Below are positions 27,346 through 46,975 of a stretch of 64,000 nt of DNA, one piece after another. Under the pieces are notes generated by a model. The model searched no databases and was not told the origin of the DNA. It saw only the letters and a program-made list of their open reading frames with translations. The first letter of the stretch is position 1. Every line of letters starts with the position of its first letter. Source of the stretch: the human T2T-CHM13v2.0 reference genome, Homo sapiens; assembly GCF_009914755.1 (NCBI RefSeq), contig NC_060934.1; one strand, 5' to 3'. Position numbers and translations under genes: made by a program.

Positions 27346-28329
27346 TTATAGTATAATGTATGATTTTTTTGAAGAGTTAAACAAATTTAACATTTGCTGA
27401 GCTCTCTTTCTTGCCCAGCATGGCTATGGGCTCTTCTCATGTATGTAATATAATTCTGTAAACAATCCTATAAGGCAGGTACCATTATTATCTTCATTTC
27501 ACAAATGAGAAAATTGAGACACCTCAGTAATTTTCTCAAAGTCAGACCATTAGTGAGTAGAAAAGCTGGGATATGAATCTAGGCTGTCCAGTTCCAGAGC
27601 AATAATGTGTAATATCTAGTTTCATTTTCTGGCTTGTTAGGTGATGTAATTCCTGCCAGTTATTTCTCAAAATGTCAGTATCTCTATGCAAACCATCACT
27701 TACTTGATCAGCCTTGCTGTGGAGAAAGGGATTGGGGTGTGCCTACACTTGGGGCACAGTGGGAGAGGACGCAATGGGAGGGGACAGTAACCTGGAGGAG
27801 TGGCACCAATTCACTCCTGGATTTTGCATCTGATGGCATCACAGAAGGGAGGAAATCATTGCACCCGCGTGTATGTGTGGTACATACATAGCAAATGTAT
27901 AGAAGGTTTCACCCCAAACTGCAAATACTCTTTGCTCTTAAGGAATGAAATGGATAATGTAGAATTGGGAGATGTCTACATTTTAATCCTACATTGTTTG
28001 AAATTTTAAATGAAGTGAAATTTTAATGCTGTTTTTAGAAACCCGCATAATATGGTGAAAAGAACTCTCTGGCCTGGTTTTCCCTTTTGGGAGGCAAATC
28101 GGCTTAACTCTCCTTTAAGTGTCTTAGATATTGAGAAGAGATAGATTATTTAATAATCCATTTCCCCAGGATGGTGCCCAGAGGGAAAGAAGATTATCCA
28201 GCCACCAAGAAATGCCCAGATCCTCTATTTCAGATGAACCTGACTTAATCAGGAGTGGAAGGCACCCTTTCGTCTTTTCAGAGTTACACAGGGGCCCTGG
28301 GTTTCCTGTTAACATGAAGATGTTCATGT

Positions 28330-28664
28330 GCCCCAGTCCCAGCTTGTCCCACGTGACTGTCCTGTGGCCTGTTAGGAACCGGGCCATACGGCAGGAGGTG
28401 AGCAATAGGTGAAACAGGATTACTGCCTGAGTCTCGCCTCTTGTCAGGTCAGCCGTGGCATTAGATTCTCATAGGAGCGCAAACATTATTGTGCACTGCA
28501 CGTTCCAGAGATCTAGGTTGCACACTCCTTATGATAATCTAATGCCTAATGATCTGAGATGGAACAATTTCATCCCCAAGCCATCCCCCTAACCCGCCCC
28601 TGTTCGTGGAAAAATTGTGTTCCATGAAACCGGTCCCTGGTGCCAAAAAAGATGGGGACCACTG
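28330..28664. mobile_element. MER1B-like hAT-Charlie element
   Basis: ggcctgttaggaaccgggcc...ggcattagattctcataggagcg...ccatgaaaccggtccctggtgccaaaaaagatggggaccactg. Confidence 0.8.
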
Positions 28665-29829
28665 CAGTATACCTTTCATGCCAAGGTCAGGCCCAGCCAG
28701 TGACAGAGCCCAGGAGGGAGGCCTAGGACCTGGCCATTTCTGCCTATTTCCTCTAAGGATCAAGTTCTGCCCTGGGGCTCCCTGGGGGCTGGTCAGACCT
28801 TCTCAGAGCTGCCCCTCACTCAGAGGCTCTTTCCTCCCCATTCTCCCTCCTTCCCCTCTCCTTTCCTAGGGGTCAGCCTTGCAGCACCCTCCCAAAACCC
28901 TCCCTGCCTCCTGCTGCCACTGTTCTTATCTGCAAAAAGTGTTCCTCCCAATAAATGTCTTTCACGTCTAGCTCTGTCTTGACACCTGCTTCCTGAGGAC
29001 CCCAAATGACACGTGCTTCCCATCTATCTGTATGATGGTTTTGTTTTTTTCACTTTTTGAAAATTACGTTTTGCCAGAAAGTCAAAGATAATCGTCTGTA
29101 CCAGTTTAGCCTGCATATCTAGCATAGCATTTACACTAATATTTGCAGAATGAATGAATAAGAAAAAGCCTATTTTGCTTTCAGAGGCCACATGCACAAC
29201 CAGAACCTGCAGTCTTGGTTGGGTTGGAACCCAGAGCTGAAGACAAACCAGGCCATGTTGCTGACTGTGCTTCAAAGCAACTGGAAATGCCTGGAAATCT
29301 CCTTACACTCGAGCTGCTTGGGTGTCTTGCTTTTGAATGTGTCCGTGTCTCCTACATGACCTAGTTTCTCCTCACTGAGTCCCTACCAGGGCAGAAAAGG
29401 GGCAGGCATGTGACAGACCATGAAGGTACTGCCCTAGGCAGAAGAGGTGCTGTGGCCTGCCAGGGCTGAGAGGCAGCCCCGTGCTGGGGAGGTCCTGGCA
29501 CTGCGGTCCAACCCTCTGCACGCTGCCATTGAGGCCCTGCGGCTGAGTTACTCCCCAGGCCAGGTGCGGGTAGAGGAGGGCAGTCGTGGCCACAGCCACA
29601 GGCTGAGTGGGAAGGGAGCTGGTTTCTTCAGGCCCTTGGAAAATCGGGGAGGAACTGGTATGCTAATTCAGAAATTCTCTCATAGCCTTGACAGGTACAA
29701 AATCTCTGAAAACCGGTATTTAAAATTATATTTCTAATCATGCCATTTTCTCTGCTTGGCAATTCAGGAAGTTGAATAGATGATTATGAATCATCCGCAA
29801 GTGTGGCTAATTAAATATTTGATCAATAG

Positions 29830-29930
29830 AATTTAGTGCTTTTCATCTGCAGAGAGCTTTCCTAACATTAACTAATTGAGCCAAAGGAAGGTATCACCTT
29901 CATTCTACAGATGGCAAAACTGGCAAAGGG
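29830..29930. mobile_element. Ancient MIR-type core SINE fragment
   Basis: gtgcttttcatct...gctttcctaacattaactaatt...cattctacagatggcaaaactg. Confidence 0.5.
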
Positions 29931-30300
29931 AAGAGCTTTAAAGAAGCCACAAAATAAAACAAAAATTAAAAAGCGTGTGCATGCAGGCGGAGGGAAGCCT
30001 GGCTAAGAGGAACTGTGGTTCGCAGACTCCCCCAGCCCTTGGGCACGTTCATGTCACTGCACAATTTATCACTGCTTGCATCAGGGCAATGGGAACATTC
30101 CCAGGTCAGCCCATCGTAGAGTTCAGGTTCCTTGAACTGGAAACAAATGAGCCTGACGGAGCTGGAGTTGGCCCCTGGGGTCTTTAGGGGAAGGTCTTGG
30201 CCCAGTTCTGTGCCTAAGAGCAGAGGCTTCCTCTGCAGATCCTAGGACTGTGAAGCCGGAGGCGGCGCTGGAGTTGGAGCCTTGGCTTCTGCTGTGAGCA

Positions 30301-30320
30301 ACAGCGCCACCTGCTGGCCA
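30301..30320 (-). promoter_or_regulatory. Strong CTCF motif
   Basis: Minus strand reads TGGCCAGCAGGTGGCGCTGT, matching CCASYAGRKGGCRS at every position. Confidence 0.75.
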
Positions 30321-31792
30321 TAGCCTTCCCTCAGCGCGGCTGCCCCTCGCCAGATGCAAAGGTTTCTCCTTTGTCGCTTCAGTATTTCCTTCCCTGGCCA
30401 GTCCCTGCATTTCCTTTCCTGGCTTCTCCAGCTGGAGGGAGGCAGCTGACAGGTTATATCAAACCTGATAGAAATCTGTTAGAGAGACATTCGGATATTA
30501 ACAGCAAACATCTCCCCCTAACCCTATCACCCCTGGATAAAATTAGTGTTCATGAAGAAAGGTCTCATTCCCAGGCAGGTCTCGTTCCTCAGCTTCCACT
30601 GGAATGGGTCTCTTACCAGCGATGGGAGAATGAGGAAGAACTGAATGTTGGAGACCCTCCTCAGTAAAGGGCACAGCAGGTGCTTCTCGGGGCTGCCTGC
30701 GAGGATGTGATGAAATCATGCAGAGAAAGCAGCCTGTTCGGGCGGGGCCTGCGATTCCTCTCCCGCCCTTACCTAAAGCCCTCCCTGAAGCAGGAGGTGA
30801 CCTTGGGCCTCAGTTTACCTCCATTATTCAACAACAATCAGGTACAGGGGAATGCGGACCACCACATCTGGGTGCCGTCCTTAAAGAGCCTTGCCCCACC
30901 CAGCTCTGTTATCTTAGCCGAGTCCCGTAACTTTCGTATGCCTTGGTCTTTTGTTTATGACATGACCAATCTATCTCCCAGGGCCATTCAAATATTTTTT
31001 AAGAGTCAAAATCTAAAAAGATTAATACTTTAAAATAGCAAGATAAGATTCCAAAACTTTCGATATTTTCAATGCAACAGAACAATTTCCTTTTCCTGAG
31101 CAGCTTATAAGATCAGAGCAGCATTTGGTAGAGCTGCCTCATGGTCACTGATGTCTACCGAGAAACGGCATTACTGTGTGGGAAACGCAAGTCCGCCATT
31201 TTCCACGTACCATATTGCTTGCTGGAGATTTCAGAAATATCTTTACATGAGGATCAGATGAGAGGAGAATGTAACAGAGTCAGCACCTCTAATGGTTTCA
31301 ACATCAAGATCCAAGATAGAAGTGCTAGCGCAGGGCGCAGGATACTATGAAACCAGCCCCAGCCCTGGAAACACCCCGGGCCCCATGAGAAAGGGACGCA
31401 CTAGGCCTGGGGATCCTGCGGACCAGAGGAATCAGTCGCAGGTGCTGTTGCCGGGTCATCCCCACATCTGAAGAGCCCCTTAGCCGGGTTCCCCTGGCCC
31501 GTCCATGTCCAAGTCCACTTTCCTTCTGTGCACCCTCACCTCAGCCTTGAGGCTCTACTTGCTATGCCCTTATCCTGCCTGTGCCACACGTAGGAGACTG
31601 GGTGTGCCTCTCCTTTCCCTCTCCTCCTTCCAGATCTTCTCTTTGGAGCTGATGGCTGGAGAACTGATGTCCAGTTGCAGTGAGAAATCCTGCCAGTCCT
31701 TCGAGGCTGATTCAGAGGACACCTCCTCCCGGAAGCCACCCTGATTCCTTCCCCTCCCTCCCACCTCCAGCCAGAAGTCCCTCCTTTGGACA

Positions 31793-32190
31793 TGATTAGT
31801 TTCCTTGGGCTGTTGTGACAAAGTACCACAAACTGGGCTGCTTAAACAACAGAACCTTTATCGTCTCGCAGCTCGGGAGGGCGGAAGTCTGAGATCAAGG
31901 TGTGGGTAGGGTTGGTTTCTTCTAAGGCCTCTCTTCTGGGCTTGCAGAGGGCCGTCTTCTCCCCGTGCATCTGCACACGGTCTTCCCTCTGTGCATGCCT
32001 GCCGCCACTTCCCAATTTCCCCTTCATATAAAGACAGTAGTCAGATTGGATTAGGCCTACCCTGAAAACCTCATTTAACTTAATTACCCAAGGATCTCCA
32101 AATAAGGTCACATTCTGAGGTACTAGGGGTTAGAACTCCAATCTTTTTGGGGGAGTGGGTGAGGAGGAAAAAGTGGGGCACAATTTCACC
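31793..32190. mobile_element. MLT1B/C-like MaLR LTR
   Basis: acaaagtaccacaaactgggctgcttaaacaacaga...gtcagattggattagg...ccaaataaggtcacattctgaggtact. Confidence 0.8.
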
Positions 32191-32224
32191 CAGAACAGAT
32201 TCTTGTTGCACTGCTATTATTATT

Positions 32225-38145
<5,921 letters not shown>

Positions 38146-38439
38146 CATACAATTTTTTAAAGGGCATTGAGATCCTAAAATTGAAATTGTAGATAGATAT
38201 AGCTGTGGGATAAAGAACTTCTGCTGAATGATGATTTGCAAAAGTATGTCTTCAGTATAGTACTGAGTACTAATTTTATGGGGCAAATAACTCTGTATTT
38301 AATCTTATGACCTTGTATAAAATCTTGCCCTAAACTAAATTCAAATGTATAGTCATTTATACTTAATTACAAAATTTGGTGCTATGTTAATATTTACCAA
38401 AAAAAAAAAAATTCCAGAAAGGAACATGCTTGGAATTCA

Positions 38440-39346
38440 ATGTGAACCAGTTAATTGTTGTGTTTATTCTGATACTTTTATTTGGGAGTCCTATATCACA
38501 AAATGACATGTGTACTGTTTGTTTACAACCGGTATTAGAAATTGAGATGTTTTTATTTTGACTATTTGAGAGTAAAATTGTAGATAATGTTCCAAACCAT
38601 CATCAAAAATGCAGAGCAAACTTTTCTGTATATAAACTGTACATAAAAACAAGGCACTATACATTTTTGGGGAGATATTAAGGTAGAAAGGTTGATTCGC
38701 ATAGATTCTCCAGAGTCCATGCCATTAAGTACAAATTCTTTGTTCATTTTAGCACCGGAAGCAGTACTCAGAACAAGTCATACCTAATGCTGCAGGAAAC
38801 ATTTCCAAACGTGTATGAAGATACATATTGGTGGCAGAGCTAATTCAACAGAAGCAACTCCATCTACCTTTTCATGTTATTTTGACACCAAAACAAATCT
38901 TGAAAGTGAATGAATACATATTGCTTTGTTAAATACATATTTGACTTATATGGTGTTTATATAAATATATATATATTTTAGAATCCACAAACTATCAAAA
39001 TAACACTTTATAAAGAGAACTGCTTCAAAAAAAAAAAAAAGGCATTGCCTAGCTGGAACAAGAAGGCAGTGCTATCTATAGCAGCTGCGGCTTAAGTGCA
39101 CATAACAGATACTTTTATTAATTCTGATAACCTCCTGAATGGTGGAAAGAAGTTTCCAAACAGTTCCCTTGAACATTTACAAAATACACAACTCCGGGAC
39201 AAGCAGTATCTTTAACAATGTCAGGTTCTGAAAACTCTGATTGAAAAATACTTTGTGAAAAACACCAGTCCAAAAATATATATCCATTTCCCTGGTGCAG
39301 TGGTGTTGTTGGACGTGACCGTGAGGCTCCTCTGGCGTCTCCCCAC
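38440..39346 (-). other. SVIL: SVIL 3' UTR (about 0.9 kb; end approximate)
   Basis: AT-rich, repeat-free sequence after the stop codon, ending at clustered poly(A) signals. Confidence 0.8.
38463..38557 (-). terminator. SVIL: SVIL polyadenylation signals
   Basis: AATAAA on minus strand at 38463-38468, 38477-38482 and 38552-38557; U-rich tract downstream (A run at 38399-38411 on plus). Confidence 0.8.
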
Positions 39347-39463
<117 letters not shown>

Positions 39464-39466
39464 TCA

Positions 39467-39688
<222 letters not shown>

Positions 39689-39903
39689 CTAGAGAAGAGG
39701 AGGGGGCAGAGAGGAGAGCTCGTGTCCTACATTTGAACTTGTTTTATTAAGTGCTTACAGACACACAGCCCTGTGCCACCTGCATACAGCCTGAGGATGC
39801 ATAGTTCCATATCACTGAGGAGGAAATGGCTCTGAAAGAAAAGGGATCGCCCAAAGCCCTGCAGTTGTCTGGACTTTTAATTTTTAAAATTTTTAAATTT
39901 TAA

Positions 39904-40412
<509 letters not shown>

Positions 40413-40907
40413 CTTGTTTCTCTGACTTATAGATCTTTTCTCACCTTGTCACAGAGTTTTAAACAAACCCTGTCTCAGAACTGTCTCTGGAAAAATGTTT
40501 AGGGACTGTCCCATGAGTGAATTATGGACTAAGATTAGTAGATTTGAAGTCTAAACACCAGAAGCCTCCAAATAATGGAATTTGTTTAAAAATAAATATT
40601 AAAAAATAACCTGAAAAGAAATCACACCCCCCTTCCCTCCCCTGGCCCCATTTCTTAATCTGCAATAGAAAAAGAAGGTCAGAAAATGCACCTAGAATAT
40701 TCTGGAGCAGAATCAATTTTTTTGTTTTTAAAACCACTGTGTGAATATGAACAAACTATTCTGGGTAAATTCTCTTCCTCCATTAAACTTGGGACCCCAG
40801 ATTGGCTGCTCTCCTTTTGGGTGGGTGGATGGTGGGAATGCATGACTAAGAGCTGTTGCTCATATTAGAAATACATGGAACAGACTGGTGGTCAAGAGGC
40901 AGGTTTT

Positions 40908-41200
40908 GGGCTGGGTGCAGTGACTTGTGCCTGTAATCTCAACACTGTAGGAGGCTGAGGTGGGAAGAGTCCTTGAATCCAGGAGTTGGAGACCAGCTTG
41001 GGCAATATGATGAGACCCTGTCTCTATAAAGAATACAAAAATAGGCTAGGCATGGAAGTGTGCACCTGTAGTCCTACCTACTTGGGGTGGCTGAGGTGGT
41101 AGGGTCGTTTGAGCCCAGGGGTTCAAGGTTTGTGTGAGCCATGATTGAGTCACCACACTGCAGCCTGGGTGACAAAGCAAGATCCTTTCTCTAAAAAAAG
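40908..41200 (+). mobile_element. AluJ
   Basis: ggctgggtgcagtgacttgtgcctgtaatc...gcagcctgggtgacaaagcaagatcc. Confidence 0.85.
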
Positions 41201-41574
41201 AAGAGGCGAATTTTGGATGATCTTGCCTGCGTCTGAGTACTGACTCCTCCACTCACTGAAAGTCACTTTGGCCAAGTGACTTCGTGTTTTTGTGTCTCTG
41301 CTCCCACACCAGTAAAATGGGAATAATAATAAGATATCTTGATGGACTGTTGTGATAAATGAGAAAATCAGTGTAAAGTGCTTGGAGATGTGCCTAGTGC
41401 AGAGTGGGCACTTGCTGAATGTTAATTATTTGTATAACTTGCTGGTGTGGGAAGCCTGACTCTTCTCCGGCTGGAATCCCACAGGCCTGCACAACAGTAA
41501 ATGGCCCCGCTGCTAACCCCCAAGATCTATAGTGAATACACAGGGAGGATGGTGAGTTATATCCTTCTGAAAGT

Positions 41575-42325
41575 GGCTCAACTGTGCCACAGAACTGATG
41601 TTTATGATTTCTTTGGAATAAACGTCGAAATTAACTCTCCTAGTCTTGAAATTCGAGAAAGTTATATTTGTCTTATCTGAGTTCCTTTCTCAGGAAACCA
41701 ACCATCAGGCATCTCCAATAGTATCAAAAAGCCAGCAGTGGCTCATGCTTGTAATCCCAGCACTTTGAGAGGCTGAGGTGGGCAGATGGCTTGAGCTCAG
41801 GAGTTCAAGACCAGACTGAGAGACATGGCAAAACCTCATTGAAAATACAAAACAAATTAGCCAGGCATTATGGTGTGTGCTTGTAGTCCCAGCTACCTGG
41901 TAGGCTGATGTGGGAGGATTGTCTGAGCCTGGAGCTGGAGGCTGCAGTGAGCTGTGATTACACCACTGCACTCCAGCCTGGGCAACAGAGCAAGACCCTG
42001 TCTCAAAAAACAAAAACAAAACCTGAAGCTTACCAGACCCCTTACCCACCATGATGCCTAACCAACCCCCCGCTTCCTGTTGACCAGCTCCTCTTCCTCA
42101 CCCCTCCCTAATTCCTGTTTCCCACACATGGTTACATTTCTTCCCTGCTATAAAAATCCCTAATTTTAGTAGGCCAGAGACACAGATTTGAGACTTATGT
42201 CCTGTTCCCCTTGGCTGTAGCACCCAAATAAACTTTCTTCCTTGGCTATGCTTGTCTCAGTGATTGGCTTTCTTCTGTGTAGTGAGCAATAAGCCCTGGA
42301 CTGAACCCCTGGCAATTTGGTAACT
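41575..42325 (+). mobile_element. MER39-like LTR interrupted by a plus-strand Alu (about 41730-42021)
   Basis: gtcttatctgagttcctttctcaggaaaccaaccatcagg [Alu] cttcctgttgaccagctcctcttcc...gtctcagtgattggcttt. Confidence 0.65.
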
Positions 42326-43376
42326 CCTGAACTTAGACTGCATGCAGCAGCCATAGAGCTTGTAATCCCTAGAGCCTTCTGGTTTCACGAAACCACAGTT
42401 GCAGTGAACAGAAACATCTCGTTCCGGCTGCGGCAGACACCAAGCTGAAGTCAGCCCCTTCCCTGTGTACATCAAGTCCATTTGGCTCCAGGGAGACAGG
42501 TTAGGGTGAGCAGTGATGTCTGTACTACCCAACAGGCCCTCTCCATTGCTAAGCAGAAGTAGATTCTGTTTGTTTAAAATTACTCGAATTTCCTATAAAA
42601 TACACTTGGGTCGTTTCCCCAAGCAAAGCAGCTCTCACATGGTAAAAAAAAATCAAAATGGTAAAAAACCTATCTCTCACCAAATCAAAACAAATCCTTG
42701 GATTTGCTATTCCTAGCAATGTTAATAGCTCATATATAAGAAATTCAACATAGCTATAATAAAATTCTTTCCTGTGTGGTTGGAAAAGAAAACATTCTAG
42801 ATTATAATATATTTTGGTGGATAGAAGTTATGATAAATGCCTCATGCAGAAATACCAGGTGGTCTCATAAAAGACAATATTAATGAGATGTTGAGTGATC
42901 CCTTATCATAAGGGAGTCGCAGCACCTCCATTCATTCAGTTTTCTGAACATACTAATTCATCAGATTTCGTTTGTGTCTCCTCTACACAAGGTTAACATC
43001 TGAAACATGAGGGTTTGGTTGTGCGTCACATGGACATTGAGAGACAAGCAATGCCAAGCAACAGGTTCTTAGCAAACAGAATGAAGAGTTCGCAGCTTTT
43101 ATGTACATATATAGTCCTCAGCATGATTCAACTCACCTTTGCTTTTAAGTTTTTAAAATTTGGGTATCGTGTAGAAAATTACTAAAATAGTTAATTGATT
43201 TTCCATTAGACTTCTCTTCTTCCTAAGCAAATTCTATGTAGGTTTGTTAAGATGTTGCAAAAGGAAAAATATTTTCCCACTCTGAAAGTGCAATTGGATG
43301 CTCTCCCCAAAGTAAAGTTAACCCACAATCCAAAAGGCGCAGGAGCCACCTTCATAGGGCAGGAAAGCGTGCTCAC

Positions 43377-43501
43377 CATCTCTGTGATCTCAGCGATGTC
43401 CTCTCTGTGCTCCCAGCTGGGAAACATATTGGTGAATGTCAGGGGCTCCAGACCAGCGTGGATAAGGTAAGACTTGGGGGCTGGTTTCTTGAGATTTTTT
43501 C
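43377..43501 (-). CDS. SVIL: SVIL coding exon, 125 nt
   Basis: [41 protein letters not shown]; AG/GT flanks. Confidence 0.95.
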
Positions 43502-44589
43502 CTGTAGTTACACAGATTGCAATGTCAGTAGACCCCAGGGAGACCCTGTCTTTCTCTGATTTCCCTTGAAATCTTTTCTTCTTTGCCAGAACTCATGACT
43601 TCATGCTTAAAATGCAAGTTACCAGTAGTTCATAACAATACATGGATAATGTTTATATAAGATGTTAGTTTCATGCCTGTGACTACCATAGTGACCTATA
43701 ATCAACCTGAGTCTATACTTCTTGAACCTAACAAAACGCTGTGTATTCCTGGAAGGGAGAGAGAGGCTCTGTCTGCAGCTTCTGGGTGGAGCATTTTCTT
43801 CCTCCTGAATTCACCTGTAGAGTCATCCGTCTCATTTCCTAGCACAGGATTAACTCCCATAATGACTGACGGCGAACGACAGCATCTTATACATCCACAT
43901 TCACTATAACATTGAGTGGAAGGTTTCATATGTTATTTATTGCTAAAGAGTTTTTCAGGAAGAGAATCCATTGCACATACTCAGTGACATTAAACTAGTT
44001 GTGTCAATGAAACCATAAAAATTAAATAAGATATTAATTACTGGCATTTTCATTTTATATAAAAGACTAGAAATTTCATGTGTATAGTAAAGAACCATGA
44101 ACTTACTATGGGTATTTCTCTTTGGATATAATACTAAAAATAATAATGAATAATAAAAAGGTTGGCAATGGCCGTTCACTGTTTGGGGGAGACCTCCATT
44201 CTCCAACAGCGTGGTAGTGCTTGCAGATAATGTACAGGGCAGAGGCCAACTTGTCTCTCAGCATGATCAACCCCGAGTACAGCAGGGTTTTAATCTGCCT
44301 GGGGCATTCCACAATACAGCCTTTATCCTTGAGGGTAACAAGTTAGCCTCATAATATCAGAGAGAAAAACTAGTTCTTCGTCATGCTGGCAGCTGAGAAT
44401 GCGCTAATCTAAAACTTAATACATCTCAAAAAGTTAAAGGGGAAAAAATTGGTTTCATCACCACCTGCCAGGCTTTATGGATGGATGCTGGCTGACATGC
44501 ACAGAAGGGGAAGGGGGTCTCCTGGCTGCGCATGCCTGAGGGGCTTCCCCATCTGTTCCGTGCTGCAGGCATGTTAGAGGGAGCCTCAC

Positions 44590-44733
44590 CTTTGCAGTAC
44601 TGGAGCACAGTCTCCATCGCACTCTTCCGGTCGGAGGCCCAGCGGATGCGGGCGGAACCAGTGATCTTGTTCTCGATGGGCCACCAGCCTTGCCAGAGGT
44701 ACACCTCGTGGTGATTGTCAACAAGGAAAAGTG
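44590..44733 (-). CDS. SVIL: SVIL coding exon, 144 nt
   Basis: (A)[47 protein letters not shown](G); AG/GT flanks. Confidence 0.95.
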
Positions 44734-45249
44734 CTGTGAGGGCAGGGACAGGGCCAGACCATCAGGAGCTCCTTCACGGACACTTCTAGCTCACTCCTCC
44801 CCCAACCTAGTGGATGTTGTCCCTCTTGACTGCAGTGTCACAGGGGGAAACCCCCTTGGCCATCAAACCAGGGGCAAAGGGGCAAACAGAGAAACCCAGG
44901 ATACCCCAGCCCTTTGACAGTTCAACGGGGAGAAGCCTGTAGGCAGAGAGAAGTGGTGTCAAGGAGTTGGTCTTTTTCATTCCTCGTCCTCCAGGTCCTC
45001 CTCCCTTTGCCCCAGCTCAAGGCCCTGGCCCTTCTGGATACTGGCAGGGCTGTGCTAAGAGTGGAAGGGATAATGCATGTGCCACTCAAGGGGCTGTTAG
45101 CACCGCATATCTCCAAAGAGCACAATCAACACTGGAGCGCACATCTCACTGCAGACAGGTCAGTGGCGTTCCTGCCCTGCACGCGATTGCTTAGCAGTGA
45201 GGTGAGCTCATGGCTCTCTTACAGAGAAATGGGCCTTAAAAAGCAAAAC

Positions 45250-45560
45250 TGCCACCGGGAGTGGTGGCTCATGCCTGTAATCCCAGTGCTTTGGGAGGCT
45301 GAGGAGGAAGGACTGCTTGAGCCCGGAGGTTGAAGACTAGCCTGGGCCACATGATGAGACCCTATCTCTACAAAAAGAAAAAAAAAATTAGCGAGGCATG
45401 GTGCTGCATGCATGTAGTCTCCACTACTCAGGAAGCTAAGGAGAGAGGATCGCTTGAGCCCAAGAGTTAGAGGCTGCAGTGAGCCATGACTGCGCCACTG
45501 CACTCCAGCCTGGATGACAGAGTAAGACCCTGTCTCTAAAAAATAAAATAAAAGGAAATA
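45250..45560 (+). mobile_element. AluJ
   Basis: Dimeric Alu with A-rich tail. Confidence 0.88.
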
Positions 45561-46666
45561 AAAATCAAAACTGTTCTACTGCCTTTTCCTCCTACCTTTT
45601 TCTCCTCCTCAAATTGTCAGTCTGACTCTTACTCCAGGTGGCAAAATGCCTCTCACTCTTGCTAGTCGGCTCACTGTAAGTCCTTTCCTGACATGCATTT
45701 CAGGATTCTGTGAAAACCACACTTTAAAAGCCCAGTGGAGGTTGATAACCCGCCCTGAGCCCCAGGATGAAGGGCGTGGGCACACCCTCTCTTACTGGTG
45801 GCTGATTTTCCAAGCATGACATGTGCACTGGGCAAACTTTCAGTGCTGCCCTGAGATCCCAGTGCAAGATGAGGTCCCTGGCTGCAGCTCCAGGCTCTTG
45901 TAATGTGAGAAGCAACAAACACAAACTGAGAGGCAGCTGACCTTGGCTTCATTGGAGGGTGGGTGGGAGGGGTTGTCAAGCCCAGTCTCTTGTTACTTTC
46001 CCAACCAGAATGAGGGCACAGAGCCCTGACCTTGGGATCAGAAGACCTGGGCTGGAGTCTTGGCTCTGCTGTGGAGACTTGGTATGGCAGACCCTGTTCC
46101 CTGGCTAACTTAGCCAATACCCCAACATCCTTCTCCTCTGCCATTTGCTTCCCCAGGCTCCCTTGCAGCTGGGGCTGGCCATGTGACAGGCTCCGGCCAA
46201 TGGGATGTAAGCAGAAGTCTGCTGGGGGCTTCTGGGAAAACACGTGCTTTATCTGATTAAAGAGAGAGAGTGGCTATTAGGTGGGCTTTTTTCCTTCCCC
46301 CTTCTTTCTCTTTCTATCTTGAATGCAAACATAATGGCTGGAGCAATGGCAGTCGACGGGTGACCATGCAGCAACAAGACTGAGAGGAAGGCTGGGAAAA
46401 GAGCGGAGACGCCAGGCCTGCCGCTGTGGTGCTCAACCTGTTCTTAGCTGACGTCTTTGGGTGGGTTAAGTGACTTGAGTCTCGTTCCTTATGCTATAAA
46501 GTGTGGCTGATTTCACTCTCCTTCCTTTTGGTGTAGGGGTGAGGATGAAAAGAGTGTAAGCACATGTTCTGGGTGCTCTGGGAATGTACTTGGCAAACAG
46601 AAGCTGCTTAATAAATACCAACGTAAAATCAAAAGGCTTTCTGGAAGATGTGCCTTCTACTGCTCA

Positions 46667-46975
<309 letters not shown>

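Noticed and set aside
38627-38645. Two Pumilio-type elements TGTATATA and TGTACATA
   Set aside because: They are on the plus strand, antisense to the SVIL 3' UTR, and common in AT-rich DNA
45671-46243. 190-aa minus-strand intronic ORF, and similar ORFs at 55649-56182 and 59445-60068
   Set aside because: Overlap Alu/MIR/MaLR fragments, no recognisable domain, no exon structure needed by the SVIL frame
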